From Octopus vulgaris (taxonomy: Eukaryota), in the NCBI GenBank assembly GCA_951406725.2, contig OX597841.1:16368001-16432000 (forward strand): a DNA stretch of 64,000 nucleotides. The letters are read 5' to 3'. The notes beneath the pieces are model-generated. The model was not told the DNA's origin, searched no databases, and was given only the letters and a program-made list of their open reading frames with translations. Positions 14,843-28,805 of the stretch are shown here, piece after piece. Made by a program: the position numbers and the translations under genes. The first letter of the stretch is position 1. Every line of letters begins with the position of its first letter.

Positions 14843-14843
14843 T

Positions 14844-14990
14844 CTTAGTGGTATTTCGTCTGCCGTTACGTTCTGAGTTCAAATTCCGCCGAGGTCGACT
14901 TTGCCTTTCATCCTTTCGGGGTCGATTAAATAAGTACCAGTTATGCACTGGGGTCGATGTGATCACCTAAAGCCCCCCCCCCCGTGGGCA
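14844..14990 (+). mobile_element. SINE family D, 5'-truncated
   Basis: GTTCTGAGTTCAAATTCCGCC (B box) then GCCTTTCATCCTTTCGGGGTCGATTAAATAAGTACCAG. Confidence 0.85.
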
Positions 14991-15202
14991 ATAAAGAAAT
15001 AAATATTAATGATATTAATGATAATAATCATAATAGTAATAATAATAAAAATAATACTAGTAATGATAATAATAATAATAATAGTAATGGTAATGATAAT
15101 AATGATAATGATAATAATAGTAATGATAATAATAATAATGATAGCGATAATAATAACGGTGACAACTACAACAACAACAACAATAATAATAATGATGATG
15201 AT

Positions 15203-15445
15203 AATCCTTTCTACTAAAGGCGAAAGGCCTGAAATTTCGGGGGAGGGAACGAAGGGACTAGTCGATTAGATCGACCCCAGTGTTTCACTGGTACTTAATT
15301 TATCGTTTCTGAAAAATGGAAAGCAAAGTGGGCCTCGGCAAGATTTGAACTCAGAACCTAACGGCAGATGGAATGCCAATAATAATAATAATAATAATAA
15401 TAATAATTTAACCCGGCGTGCTAACTGTTCTGCCAGCTCACTGCT
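15203..15445 (-). mobile_element. SINE family D, near full length, head interrupted by (TAA)n
   Basis: Minus strand GAGCTGGCAGAACAGTTAGCACGCCGGG...GAGTTCAAAT...AAGTACCAG...CTGGGGTCGATCTAATCGACT...(ATT)n tail. Confidence 0.8.
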
Positions 15446-15602
15446 TTAATAATAATAGTTATAATAATGATAATAATAATAATAATAATAACAACAACAT
15501 CAACAACAATAATAATAATAATAACAACAACAACATCAACAACAATAATAATAATAATAACAACAACATCAACAATAATAATAATAACAACAACTCTCTC
15601 TC

Positions 15603-15813
15603 TTTACTCTTTTACTTGTTTCAGTCATTTGACCGCGGCCATGCTGGAGCACCGCCTTTAATCGAGCAACTCGACCCCGGGACTTATTCTTTGTAAGCCC
15701 AGTACTTATTCTATCGGTCTCTTTGCCGAACCGCTCAGTGACGGGGACGTAAACACACCAGCATCGGTTGTCAAGCAATGCTAGGGGGACAAACACAGAC
15801 ACACAAAAACACA

Positions 15814-15893
<80 letters not shown>

Positions 15894-16057
15894 CGACAGG
15901 CTCCTTTCAGTTTCCGTCTACCAAATCCACTCACAAGGCTTTGGTCGGCCCGAGGCTATAGTAGAAGACACTTGCCCAAGGTACCATGCAGTGGGACTGA
16001 AACCCGGAACCATGTGGTTGGTAAGCAAGCTACTTACCACACAGCCACTCTTGCGCC
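15603..16057 (-). mobile_element. SINE family A, full length
   Basis: Head GGCGCAAGAGTGGCTGTGTGG (A box), GGTTTCAGTCCC (B box), CORE-like CCTTGGGCAAGTGTCTT, internal TA/TG microsatellite, tail ...GAAACAAGTAAAAGAGTAAA. Confidence 0.92.
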
Positions 16058-16093
16058 TACAATAATAATAATAATAACAACAAAAACATCAAC

Positions 16094-16142
<49 letters not shown>

Positions 16143-16354
16143 GCAACAATGATAATGATAATAGTAATACTAATAATGATTGTAATAATAATACTGATAA
16201 TAATAATAGTAATGATATTAATGATGATGATGATGATGATGATGATAGCAATAATACAGTTGCAACTCCAACAACTGCAGTATCAAAAATAACAATAATA
16301 TTAATAAGATGAAGATTGATAATAATAGCCGGAGTATTAGTAGAATTAATAACG

Positions 16355-16356
16355 AG

Positions 16357-16398
<42 letters not shown>

Positions 16399-16839
16399 GT
16401 AATAATATTAATATTATTAATGATATTATTATTATTATTAGTAGTAGTAGTAGTGGTAGTAGTGGTAGTAGTAGTAGTGGTGGTGGTGGTGGTGAAGGTG
16501 GTAGTGGTGGTAGTGAAGGTGGTAGTGGTAGTAGTGGTGGTAGTAGTAGTAGTCGTAGTAGTGGTGGTGGTGGCGGTAATGGTAGTGGTGGTGGTAGTGG
16601 TAGTAGTGGTGGTGGTAGTTGTAGTAGTGGTAGTAGTAGTAGTGGTGGTGATGGTAGTAGTAGTGGTGGTGGTGGTAGTAGTGGTGGTGGTGGTGGTGGT
16701 GGTGGTAGTAGTTGTGGTGGTGGTAGTAGTAGTAGTGGTGGTGGTGGTGGTAGTGATGGTGGTGGTGGTGGTGGTGATGGTAGTGGTGGTGGTGGTGATG
16801 ATGGTAGTAGTGGTGGTGGTGGTGGTGGTAGTAGTAGTG

Positions 16840-16884
<45 letters not shown>

Positions 16885-16885
16885 A
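16355..16885. repeat. (TAA)n then (GTA/GTG)n microsatellite
   Basis: Directly visible. Confidence 0.95.
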
Positions 16886-17151
16886 TGATTTCAGTTGCGC
16901 TACGAGGAATGGCGTTATTTATTTCGCCGGAATATTTTGTTACAGTAACTAAAAGCCGAGTGTTTCTGCCTTTATACCTTTCTTACTTCTTTCCTTCCTT
17001 CCTTCTTTCCTTCTTTCCTTCCTTTCGTTCTTAATTTCGTATTTTTTTTCCTTTCAAACTTCTTTTTCTTTGTATCTTCCCTTTAACTCTCGTCTCACAA
17101 CCAACATGTATGTATGTAAGTATGTATGTATATATATATGCATATATATGA

Positions 17152-17191
<40 letters not shown>

Positions 17192-17266
17192 GCGTACATA
17201 TTTATATGTATGTATATATGTATGTATATATATATATACATACATATTTATATGTATGTATATATG

Positions 17267-17320
<54 letters not shown>

Positions 17321-17372
17321 TACACACACACATATATATATATACATATATGTAAAAATGTGTACGCACACT

Positions 17373-17405
<33 letters not shown>

Positions 17406-17719
17406 ATATATATATTAATATATATAAATATTTACACATGCATACATAAGTTCTCCGAACGTCGGTGTTTACGTATGTTGGGGCCGTGTCTTTGAAACGG
17501 TAATTTTTTTGCGAACGAGCCTATATAGTCATACAGACATACATGCATACATACATGCATAGATACATGCATATATACATGCATATATACGTACATGCAC
17601 GTATACATATTTATAATGCATATACAGATACGTTCACCAACCCTCCTACCTACTTACCTATCTACCTACCTACCTACATACGTACAAATATACATATACA
17701 TACATATACATACATATAC

Positions 17720-17787
<68 letters not shown>

Positions 17788-17946
17788 TCATACATTTAAT
17801 AGTTAATTAATACTCGTTGCCAGCGAATATACTGATGTGCAGAATGAAGGTAATTTACACTCAATACGCCTATGTCCACCAGACATATTAAATATGAAAG
17901 AAATTACTTATTATTCCCATTTTTTTTCGCTAAATAGTTTTCTTAC

Positions 17947-17982
<36 letters not shown>

Positions 17983-18183
17983 TTCTTTCCATTTCTCTCT
18001 CTTTCAGTTTTGTCTCTTTCTCTCTCGCATTTCGTTTTTTTTTCTCTCTCTCTCTGTCTCTCTCCATCGCCCGCCATCGCTGTCTGTCTTTCAGTTTTGT
18101 TTGTGTATTTAATACGGACGTAAGCGCTGCTGAAGAGCCGTTAATGGCCAAGAGAAACTAGCCGATCTCTTCTGACTTCTGGT

Positions 18184-18394
18184 TACTCTTACTCTTTTAC
18201 TCTTTTACTTGTTTCAGTCATTTGACTGCGGCCATGCTGGAGCATCGCCTTTTAGTCGAGCAAATCGAACCCCTGGACTTATTCTTTGTAAGCCCAGTAC
18301 TTATTCTATCGGTCTCTTTTTTGCCGAACCGCTAAGTTACGTAGACGTAAACACACCAGCATCGGTTGTCAAGCGATGTTGGGGGGACAAACAG

Positions 18395-18435
<41 letters not shown>

Positions 18436-18608
18436 TACTCATATACGACATGCTTCTTTCAGTTTCCGTTTACCAAATCCACTCACAAGGCTTTGGTTGT
18501 TCCGAGGCTATAGTAGAAGACACTTGCCCAAGGTGCCACGCAGTGGGACTGAACCCGGAACAATGCAGTACGTAAGCAAGCTACTTACCACACAGCCACT
18601 CCTACGCC
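18184..18608 (-). mobile_element. SINE family A, full length
   Basis: Same head, CORE-like segment and tail as 15603-16057. Confidence 0.92.
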
Positions 18609-18843
18609 TGGTTCTCTCAAGAAAAAGAGGATGAGAAAAACAGCGAGAGAGAGTGAAAGAGAGAGCTAGTGAGAAGATGAATGTGGGGTGGGAGGGAGGG
18701 AAAGATAGTTCTGGAGTCTGACCACCTGGCCTTTATATTTGTATGTATGTATATATGTATTTCTGTATGTATATTTCATGATTATCTTAATAAGTGCTAT
18801 ATATATATATATGTTATATACACATATACATACGTATACATAC

Positions 18844-18881
<38 letters not shown>

Positions 18882-18936
18882 CATGTATACATACGTACAT
18901 ATATATATATCTGTATATATACGTATGTATTTATAT

Positions 18937-19004
<68 letters not shown>

Positions 19005-19045
19005 GTATATATACAGATATATATATATGTACGTATGTATACATG

Positions 19046-19089
<44 letters not shown>

Positions 19090-19092
<3 letters not shown>

Positions 19093-19169
19093 GGAGTAAA
19101 CACATAAATGTGAAAAACGAGAAACTCAGAGTAACAGATTTTGTTGAATTTTCTGCTGCTTAAAATAAA

Positions 19170-19170
<1 letters not shown>
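19090..19170 (+). mobile_element. Collapsed Penelope-like terminal fragment
   Basis: CCGGAGTAAACACATAAATGTGAAA fused to GAAACTCAGAGTAACAGATTTTGTTGAATTTTCTGCTGC; both parts recur at 36952-37110. Confidence 0.5.
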
Positions 19171-19223
<53 letters not shown>

Positions 19224-19247
19224 GTATATATATATATATATATACAC

Positions 19248-19299
<52 letters not shown>

Positions 19300-19430
19300 A
19301 GTATAACCAGCCGAAATTGCAAAGATAACCTGGAATTCGACTGAGGAAAGAAAACTCCGAATGCTCCGTCCTTGTTTTCTGTCTGTCGTCTAAATGGAAC
19401 TTTTGCTTTCTTGTGTCGTTTTGTATTTTT
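19300..19430 (+). mobile_element. Penelope-like terminal fragment with degenerate hammerhead core
   Basis: GCCGAAATTGC...TTCGACTGAGGAAAGAAAACTCCGAATGCTCCGTC; parallels 11370-11430 (-). Confidence 0.4.
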
Positions 19431-19464
19431 TATATATTATATATATATGTATATACATATATAT

Positions 19465-19505
19465 GACGGAAACTGAAAGAAGCCCGGCGTATGCACACAC
19501 ACATA

Positions 19506-19546
<41 letters not shown>

Positions 19547-19775
19547 GTGTGTGTGTGCATATGTTTGTGTGCATGTGTGTTTGCTCCCCCCAACATCGCT
19601 TGACAACCGATGCTGGTGTTTTTACGTCCCCGTAACTTAGCACTTTGGCAAAAGAGACCGATAGAATAAGTACTAGGCTTACAAAAAATAAGTCCTGGGC
19701 TCGATTTGCTCGACTAAAGGCGGTGCCCCAGCATGGCCACAGTCAAATTACTGAAACAAGTAAAGGAGTAAGAGT
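19465..19775 (+). mobile_element. SINE family A, 5'-truncated
   Basis: GACGGAAACTGAAAGAAGCCCG through GAAACAAGTAAAGGAGTAAGAG. Confidence 0.9.
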
Positions 19776-19806
<31 letters not shown>

Positions 19807-19810
19807 CAGA

Positions 19811-19855
<45 letters not shown>

Positions 19856-19900
19856 ATATATATATATACATACATACATACATGCATGTATATATGTATG

Positions 19901-19957
<57 letters not shown>

Positions 19958-19989
19958 ATGAGTGTGTGTGTGTATCTTTGTGTCTATGT

Positions 19990-20225
19990 CTCTCTCTCAC
20001 CACTTCTTGGCAAGCGGTGTTGATGTGTGTACAACCCTAAAACTAAGCGGCTCGACATAATGATCCCGATAGAATATGTGCCAGAAAAAATTTGAAAAAG
20101 GAAAGGACCGGGGTCGTTTTATTCGACGAAAAAAAAAAAAAAAGCAGAAAAGTAAAAAGAAGAAACTCTTTAAGGCGGAGCCCCAGCATGGCCGCAGTCT
20201 AATGACTAAAAGCAAGTGAAAAACA
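19990..20225 (+). mobile_element. SINE family A, diverged 3' half
   Basis: CGATAGAATATGTGCCAG...GGGGTCGTTTTATTCGAC...AAGGCGGAGCCCCAGCATGGCCGCAGTC. Confidence 0.75.
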
Positions 20226-20379
20226 AAAGGTAAATGATCATTAATAAGTCCTGCGCAATCTGGCCTGACCTGGGGCTAAACAACAAATGCAGAATCGGAA
20301 AAATGAAAAATAAGAGAAAGGAAGGAAAACTCGCTTTAGTATTTTATAAGACAGAAATCAAACGCCATAATGTTTGCGA

Positions 20380-20530
20380 TCCTTTTGTAACTATGGCAAC
20401 GACAAAATCTAGTCTCGCTTCGCTGGCTTTTGTCCATAAACTCCCGAAGTCACTTCTGTTGACCGGTTGCCGACCAGTCATGAGATCGGAGGTCACGTGA
20501 CAGGGCGGTCAAGCGGTCAGCTGATTCTCT
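20380..20530. promoter_or_regulatory. Candidate cis-regulatory island: RFX X-box, palindromic E-box, GC box
   Basis: GTAACTATGGCAAC at 20387-20400, GTCACGTGAC at 20492-20501, GGGCGG at 20503-20508, in non-repetitive sequence. Confidence 0.45.
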
Positions 20531-20631
20531 TAGGTTTGCACGGAAAGCTATCAAGTTCGATTACGTAGGAGGTGCTGGCAAAAACCAAACATCAATGGCG
20601 TAGTGCTGCAACACACATGCACGTGCATATA

Positions 20632-20682
<51 letters not shown>

Positions 20683-20936
20683 GTGTGGGTATGCATATTT
20701 ATACACACATCGCGTGCGTGCGTGCGCTTGTACGCAGACACACACATACACACACGCACACATATATATAGACAGATAGTTGTATATGTATCTATGCATA
20801 TACATAAATATATATGTATATATATATACATATATATACATACATATATATATATACACATACATATATATATGTATCTATATACACATACATATATATA
20901 CATATATATATGCATATATATGCCTATGTATATATA

Positions 20937-20979
<43 letters not shown>

Positions 20980-20983
20980 CACA

Positions 20984-21039
<56 letters not shown>

Positions 21040-21538
21040 GTATATATATATAGGCATATATGTGTGTTGTGTATATATATATATATATTTAGGCATATAT
21101 ATGTGTGTTGTGTGTGTATATATATAGGCTTATATATGTGTATATGTGTGTATATATACATACATACATATATATATACACACACACACACACACACTCA
21201 CACAAACACACACACACACACATAAACGTACGTTCTTCAATCTTTTTATGTTTCCCGCCCAAGTGCTGTCGCCATAACGGGGACCCTCATATGCGTAATG
21301 TATATGTATATATGTATGTGTATATATATATATAGAGAGAGAGATAAAGAGATAGAGACAGGTAGATGGACAGATAGATAGATAGATAGATAGATAGACA
21401 CACAGGTAGAAAGACAGATAGATAGATAGAGAAAGAAAGGGATAGATAGATAGATAAATAATCAGGATTTGAAGCCCTAAGGCGTACAAATATAAATATT
21501 TATATACTTTTCTGTGTCTCACACGGACCATTCGCTTT

Positions 21539-21605
<67 letters not shown>

Positions 21606-21641
21606 TACATATATATATGCCTATATATATGTATATGTACA

Positions 21642-21686
<45 letters not shown>

Positions 21687-21733
21687 TTCAATAATACACA
21701 CACACACGTATATATATATACACACACATATAT

Positions 21734-21783
<50 letters not shown>

Positions 21784-22228
21784 TCAATAATACACACACA
21801 CACACACGTATATATATATACACATATATACATATATATGTATGCCTATATATGTGTATGTTTATATGTGTGAGTGCGTGTGACTATGTGACTATGTATG
21901 AGTGCGTGTGTATGCATGTATGCGTGTTACTATCCGTCTATCTATATATCTTTCTCTCAATATTTCTCTTTTATGCACGCACACACACACACGCACACAC
22001 ACACGTATACTTCTTTTCACATATATATACATATGTACACACATTACATACGCACAGATTTTTATAGATGGACAAATACATACCCATATGAATACACCCG
22101 TCCATATATGTATGTACATATATAGATGTATACATAAATATACATGCAAATTCATACATATATATACACACATACATACATGTATAGAAGCACACATACT
22201 CACACACACGCATACCTATGCCCACAAT

Positions 22229-22276
<48 letters not shown>

Positions 22277-22501
22277 TGTATATATATGTATATACATATA
22301 ATATATGTATATGTTTACGTATATACGTAGATATATATTATATATTATATATACACATATACACTCACACATGCATACATATGTCTGTATATAATGTATA
22401 TGTATGTGCATATATGTATATATATATATATACGTATATGATACATGTATAAGTATATATATATCTTTACGTATATACATAGATATATATTCTGTTATAT
22501 A

Positions 22502-22554
<53 letters not shown>

Positions 22555-23260
22555 CACTCACACATACATATATATGTCTGTGTTTATATATATATATATA
22601 TATGCATATGTATATATACACTCACACACGGTGTGTCCTACTCACGTATTTACCAAGCACACACACACACATACATACACACAAATAGAGAAACACACAT
22701 AGGACAAACACACATCCACACACACGCACACACACACACACATACACACACACACACACACACAGAGACACACACACAAGCACTCAGATTCCCATTGACA
22801 AATGACTCCATCGCACGCCATCGCTGTGTCTCTTTCTCAAAATCAATAAACACGACGCTATCAATGTGATATCCAGTATCAAATATGGATATCAAGGGAT
22901 ATCCGCTGGTGCAGGATGTTATTAGCGCCGACTGATGTGACAATTGAATATATCACCATGAGATAGAGTCCATAGCAGATCGTTTTATGAAGGAGAGATC
23001 AATTAACAGATGAATATCTCGGCAAATATTATTGCAACGCCATAACATCGCAGCTCAATATCCAGAAAGAGTCTCACCACATTAGCGTCTGTATGCATAG
23101 CGTCGCGTTGTGTTGTATTCTGTTGTATGGCATGCGTGTATGTATGTATGTATGTATGTATGTATGTATGTATGTATGTATGTATGTGTTCGTGTGTGTG
23201 TCTGTGTGTGTAAGCATATGGCATCATGATATTTAAACGTACGTAAATATATCACGGGAA

Positions 23261-23309
<49 letters not shown>

Positions 23310-23316
23310 CACATAC

Positions 23317-23347
<31 letters not shown>

Positions 23348-23805
23348 CATACTTAAATACATATATGCATATAACATACATAAATATTTATATATATGTA
23401 TATTTGTATGTATGTATGTATATATGTGTATATATATGTATATATATATATACACATATACATACATGCATACATACAAATATACATATATATATAATTA
23501 TTTATGTATGTTATATGCATATATATATGTATTTATGTATTATATATATATATATATATATATTGCTTGTATATATATGTATGTATATATGTGTATATAT
23601 ATATATATATCTGCTTGTATATATATGTATGTATATATGTGTATATATATATATATATCTATTTATGTATATATGTATGTATATATGTGTATATATATAT
23701 AAAACATATATTCTTATATATGCACACATGTATATATATATATATATATATAAATGTATGTGTATATATGTATATACATATATTATTGTTATATATATAT
23801 ATTAT

Positions 23806-23839
<34 letters not shown>

Positions 23840-24034
23840 TGTATATTATCAGATAGTCGGTGCCATTCTGGTATTTAATGGCGTACTAATAGATCGAGAA
23901 ACAATACATAAATACATAACGGATGATGTCTGTGGTATTTAGAACAGATACGTTTACTCCTAGTTTATACACCATTCGGTTTAGGCGACCCTCGTTTAAC
24001 ACGACCTTCGCTGTGTACTGTTTGACTTTACCAC

Positions 24035-24995
24035 AAAATTTCTCAACAATATATTTTTTGTTATCAATGGACCCCTTTGATCAATATTTTTTCCCAGAGC
24101 CATTATAAATCAATAGTGGCTGTGTGGTAAGAAGCTTGCTTACCAACCACATGGTTCCGGGTTCAGTCCCACTGCGTGGCACCTTTGGCAAGTGTCTTCT
24201 ACTATAACCTCGGGCCGACCAAAGCCTTGTGAGTGGATTTGGCAGACGGAAACTGAAAGAAGCCCGTCGTATATATGTATATATTTATGTGTGTGTGTGT
24301 GTTTGTGTGTGTTTGTGCGTGCGTGTATGTTTGTGTGTCTGTGTTTGTCCCCCTAGCATTGCTTGAGAACCGATGCTGGTGTGTTTCCGTCCCCGTTACT
24401 TAGCGGTTCGGCAAAAAAGAACCCGATAAAATAAGTACTAGGCTTACAAAGAATAAGTCCTGGGGTCGATTTGATCGACTAAAGGCGGTGCTCCAGCATG
24501 GCCACAGTCACATGACTGAAACAAGTAAAAGAGTAAAAGAGTAAAGAGTATAGCCAATCGATTAATATTTTATTCCATAGCCATTATAAATCAATTTTAT
24601 ATACACTTTTTTCAAAATTATATATATATATATTCCTATTTTGTTTTTTCTCACATACCAATACTTATACCTAATGGAAACCACTTTTCAGGGGCTCTTA
24701 AAATACTACTGTAGATCCCAAATTTACTCTTTTCCCTGCATGGACCTCCTTCGAGATAGCATTTTATTCTGGTTGACCCCTATAGCCCTTCGATCTTTAT
24801 AAACTAGTTTCATAGAAGCCTCTTTCAAAATTCCTTTTTTGTTTTTCACCCCTAAACTTGTGTAGGTTAAACTGTGTAAAAGGTTAGAGAAAGAAGCCCA
24901 GCTGTTTCTTCCAACATATGCAACACATTCTTGCAATACATACATCTAAAGCAGGGGTTCTCAACCATTTTTTAAAATCTATGGACCCCTTTTTT
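24035..24995 (+). repeat. Short array of hAT-MITE-derived units, interrupted by SINE A
   Basis: ATGGACCCCTTTGAT...AAAATTCC...CATCTAAAGCAGGGGTTCTCAACC; same unit as the 47826-51930 array. Confidence 0.7.
24115..24549 (+). mobile_element. SINE family A, near full length
   Basis: A box GTGGCTGTGTGG, B box GGTTCAGTCCC, tail (AGTAAAAG)n. Confidence 0.92.
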
Positions 24996-25130
24996 TTCTG
25001 TGTCCCTTTCTGTAGAAGAGCGTAGGCTCGAAACGTAAAAGACTTTTTCTGTTCCTGAGCGTTAAACTAATACATTTGTTTCTTTTGTACACCACCTGTC
25101 TTCGTCTTTTGTTTTTCTCGTAAACTCTCC
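24995..25130 (+). mobile_element. Penelope-like terminus with minimal hammerhead-like motif
   Basis: CTTT-CTGTAGA-A-GAGC-GTAG-GCTC-GAAAC-GTA-AAAG; second copy at 33255-33480. Confidence 0.55.
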
Positions 25131-25435
<305 letters not shown>

Positions 25436-25815
25436 GAAGTACACACACACACACACATACATACACACAAAGATACACGCATATATAAAACGGTTTAGCA
25501 GAAACAAAATGTAGCGTGAAGGGAGAGAAAGGGACAAAAAAAAAAAGAAAAAGAAGAGAAAAACACCTTTAGTTGTATATCCAGGAATTGGGATGAAAGG
25601 AGATCTTGCTGGGAATCTCTTCGGAAAGAAAGGAAGGCATAAATGCTATCATCACCATATTTGGATGAGGGACTGGTCATAAATATTTAGAACCGGAAAA
25701 GGTATTATTTCCGATGCTACGCTTAACACAATGGGCAGGTTTGAAGAAAACACCATGCCCTGCATCCTTAATTGGTTATACATAAGACATTTGCCTCAAC
25801 GTAATAGCAACTACA

Positions 25816-25871
<56 letters not shown>

Positions 25872-25931
25872 CACATATACATATATATACATACATATAT
25901 ATATACGTATATATATATATAAATCTATATA

Positions 25932-25978
<47 letters not shown>

Positions 25979-26068
25979 TCACACACCCACACAAACACAC
26001 AGAGCTGTTCGCGGAAGAGGGGTATCATAAATAAATACAAATTCACACAATATAGCTTTATAAATTCT

Positions 26069-26124
<56 letters not shown>

Positions 26125-26226
26125 ATATACTTATGAATTTTGTACACGTGTAATTTCAGGTATATATCTACTTAATATATATGTAGACGCTACGCGTATA
26201 GATATATGTGTATTCAAATTTATATA

Positions 26227-26267
<41 letters not shown>

Positions 26268-26651
26268 AAAGATACATTTATATGTATATATTTATGTATA
26301 TACTAATATATATGTATGTGTGTATATATGCTTATATGCACACATACACACACATATATATACATACATACACAAACAAGCATATATTCATATATGAATG
26401 CACACGTACATTTGCATACAAGAATATACGGGTACATAGCTAGATTAGATAGACAAGCAGATGAAGAGATAAAAGAATCGATGTACTGATATATATATAT
26501 ACATAAATCTACAAACAGACACACATAAAGACATATATATAGATACGTATGCATATTTTCACATACATCTATACATGTGGTGTCGTGTATGTCTCTATCG
26601 AAACAACGACAATAAAAACAATGCCTACACGCATAGAAGTGTATGTACACA

Positions 26652-26717
<66 letters not shown>

Positions 26718-26947
26718 TATATTAACATATGGTCAATGAGAAGGCAATAACAACATAACTATTATTGAATGATATATATATATATCGATTGATAGATATA
26801 CATATGCAGATATACACATATATGAAAATACATATACAGACTGAAATATGTGTATATATGTATGTGCATATACATATATGTATATCTATATATTTATATA
26901 TACATACATGCATATATATGTATGTATATATATACATACATTCATAC

Positions 26948-26993
<46 letters not shown>

Positions 26994-27000
26994 TCATACC

Positions 27001-27033
<33 letters not shown>

Positions 27034-27212
27034 GTATATATATAGTGAGTTAGGGTAACAGATGTGAATATCATTTGAAATATATATTAACAACGGATAT
27101 TGCTGTCATCCTAATACATATTTATGTAACCGCAATATTGTAGCGAGATATCGTTATATATATATGTATATATATATATACATATATATATATATACATA
27201 AATATGCATACG

Positions 27213-27298
<86 letters not shown>

Positions 27299-27460
27299 CA
27301 TACATGTATATATATATATATATATACATACATGTATATATATATATATATTCATGTATCTATGTATATGCACATGGGTGTATGGTCGTACATACACTTT
27401 CCCACACACACGCATACAAACTCACACACATAATATACACAAATACATCTATATAAGAAG

Positions 27461-27775
27461 TGCAGGAGTGGCTGTGTGGTAAGTAGCTTGATTCCCAACC
27501 ACATGGCTCCGGGTTCAGTTCCACTGCATGGCACCTTGGGCAAGTGTCTTCTACTATAGCCTCGGCGTGGCCAAAGCGTTTTGAGTGGATTTGGTGGATG
27601 GAAACTGTAAGAAGCCCGCCGTGTTCATATATGCGCATGTATGCATGTGCACGTGCCTTGTTTTCCATTTCAGCTACCTACCATCGCTTCTTACCCGGTG
27701 TAGGTGTGTTTATGTTTCCGCAAACCAGCGGTTCTGCAGTAGAAACCGTTAGAATATGTACCAGGCTTAGAAAAA
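27461..27775 (+). mobile_element. SINE family A, diverged
   Basis: TGCAGGAGTGGCTGTGTGGTAAGTAGCTTG...GGTTCAGTTCC...CCTTGGGCAAGTGTCTTCT. Confidence 0.85.
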
Positions 27776-27937
27776 AGATGTTAAGCATTGTAGCGAACAT
27801 GTCGAGATGCCAGCATTACAAGACAAGCTTCGCGATGGACAGTGTGAGGGAGACGCAAGCGTGGAAGGTCGAAAGCAACATGGAGAGGGTCCAGAGAAAG
27901 TGAAACATTGACAGGGGCTTTCATTTAGGACAACTAC

Positions 27938-28590
27938 GAAGAAAAAGAAGGCAGTAAAAGGTAAAGGAAGGAGAAAAATGGAAAAAGGAGGAAAGGATTA
28001 AAAGAAGAAAAGGAGGAAAAGAAGAAAGGAGGAAAAGGTAAAAGAAAAGGAACAAAACGTGGAAGAAGAAGAAGGCTGGAACAGGTAAAAGAAGAAAAGA
28101 GAAAAAGGATAAATAGAAGAAAATGATGAAAAGAAGACAAGAAGGGGTAAAGGAAGAAGAAGACGAAGAAGAAGAAGAAGAAGAAGGCAGGAAAAGGTAA
28201 AGGAAGAAGAAAAAAGGAAAAAGGAGGAAAGGACTAAAAGAAGAAAAGGAGGAAAAGAAAGAAAGGAGGAAAAGAAGAAAGGAGGAAAAGGTAAAAGAAG
28301 AGGAACAAAAAGTGGAAGAAGAAGGCAGTAAAAGGTAAAGGAAGAAAAAAGGAAAAAGAAGGAAAGGATTAAAAGAAGAAAAGGATGAAAAGAAGGGAGG
28401 AAAAGGTAAAAGAAAAGGAACGAAAAGTGGAAGAAGAAGAAGAAGAAGAAGAAGAAGGCAGGAAAAAAGGATAAAGTGAAGGAAATGATGAAAAAAGACA
28501 AGAAGGGGGTGAAGGAAGAGAAACAAATATTGGAAGAAGAAGAAGAGGAAGAAAAAAGATGAAAAAGAAAATGGAGAAGAAAGAAAAGAT
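27938..28590. repeat. Polypurine (GAA/GGA) complex minisatellite
   Basis: Recurrent AGGCAGTAAAAGGTAAAGGAAG and GGATTAAAAGAAGAAAAGGA blocks. Confidence 0.85.
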
Positions 28591-28805
28591 GAATTGATGA
28601 AGTTATTTGAGAGAGCCTTCGTTTATGCCGTCCTTTCCACTCATGACATTTCATATGATTGGTTCTTTGCCAAATCTCGTATCGATGTCGACCCAGAAGA
28701 TGACAAGCTGTCATCCGGCAGCCTGAAATTCTGTGGGAATACTGGAAGCTAGCTTACTGGTTCTCATCAGAGGCGTCCACACCATTCCATATATACATAT
28801 ATATA

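Noticed and set aside
25495-25810. Non-repetitive segment with a 61-aa minus-strand ORF
   Set aside because: No recognisable homology or convincing splice signals.
27780-27905. KVESNMERVQRK, reminiscent of CR1/L2 C-termini
   Set aside because: Too short and unsupported by flanking motifs.
28745-28775. Minus-strand CTGATGAGAACC motif
   Set aside because: No downstream GAAA or stem III.
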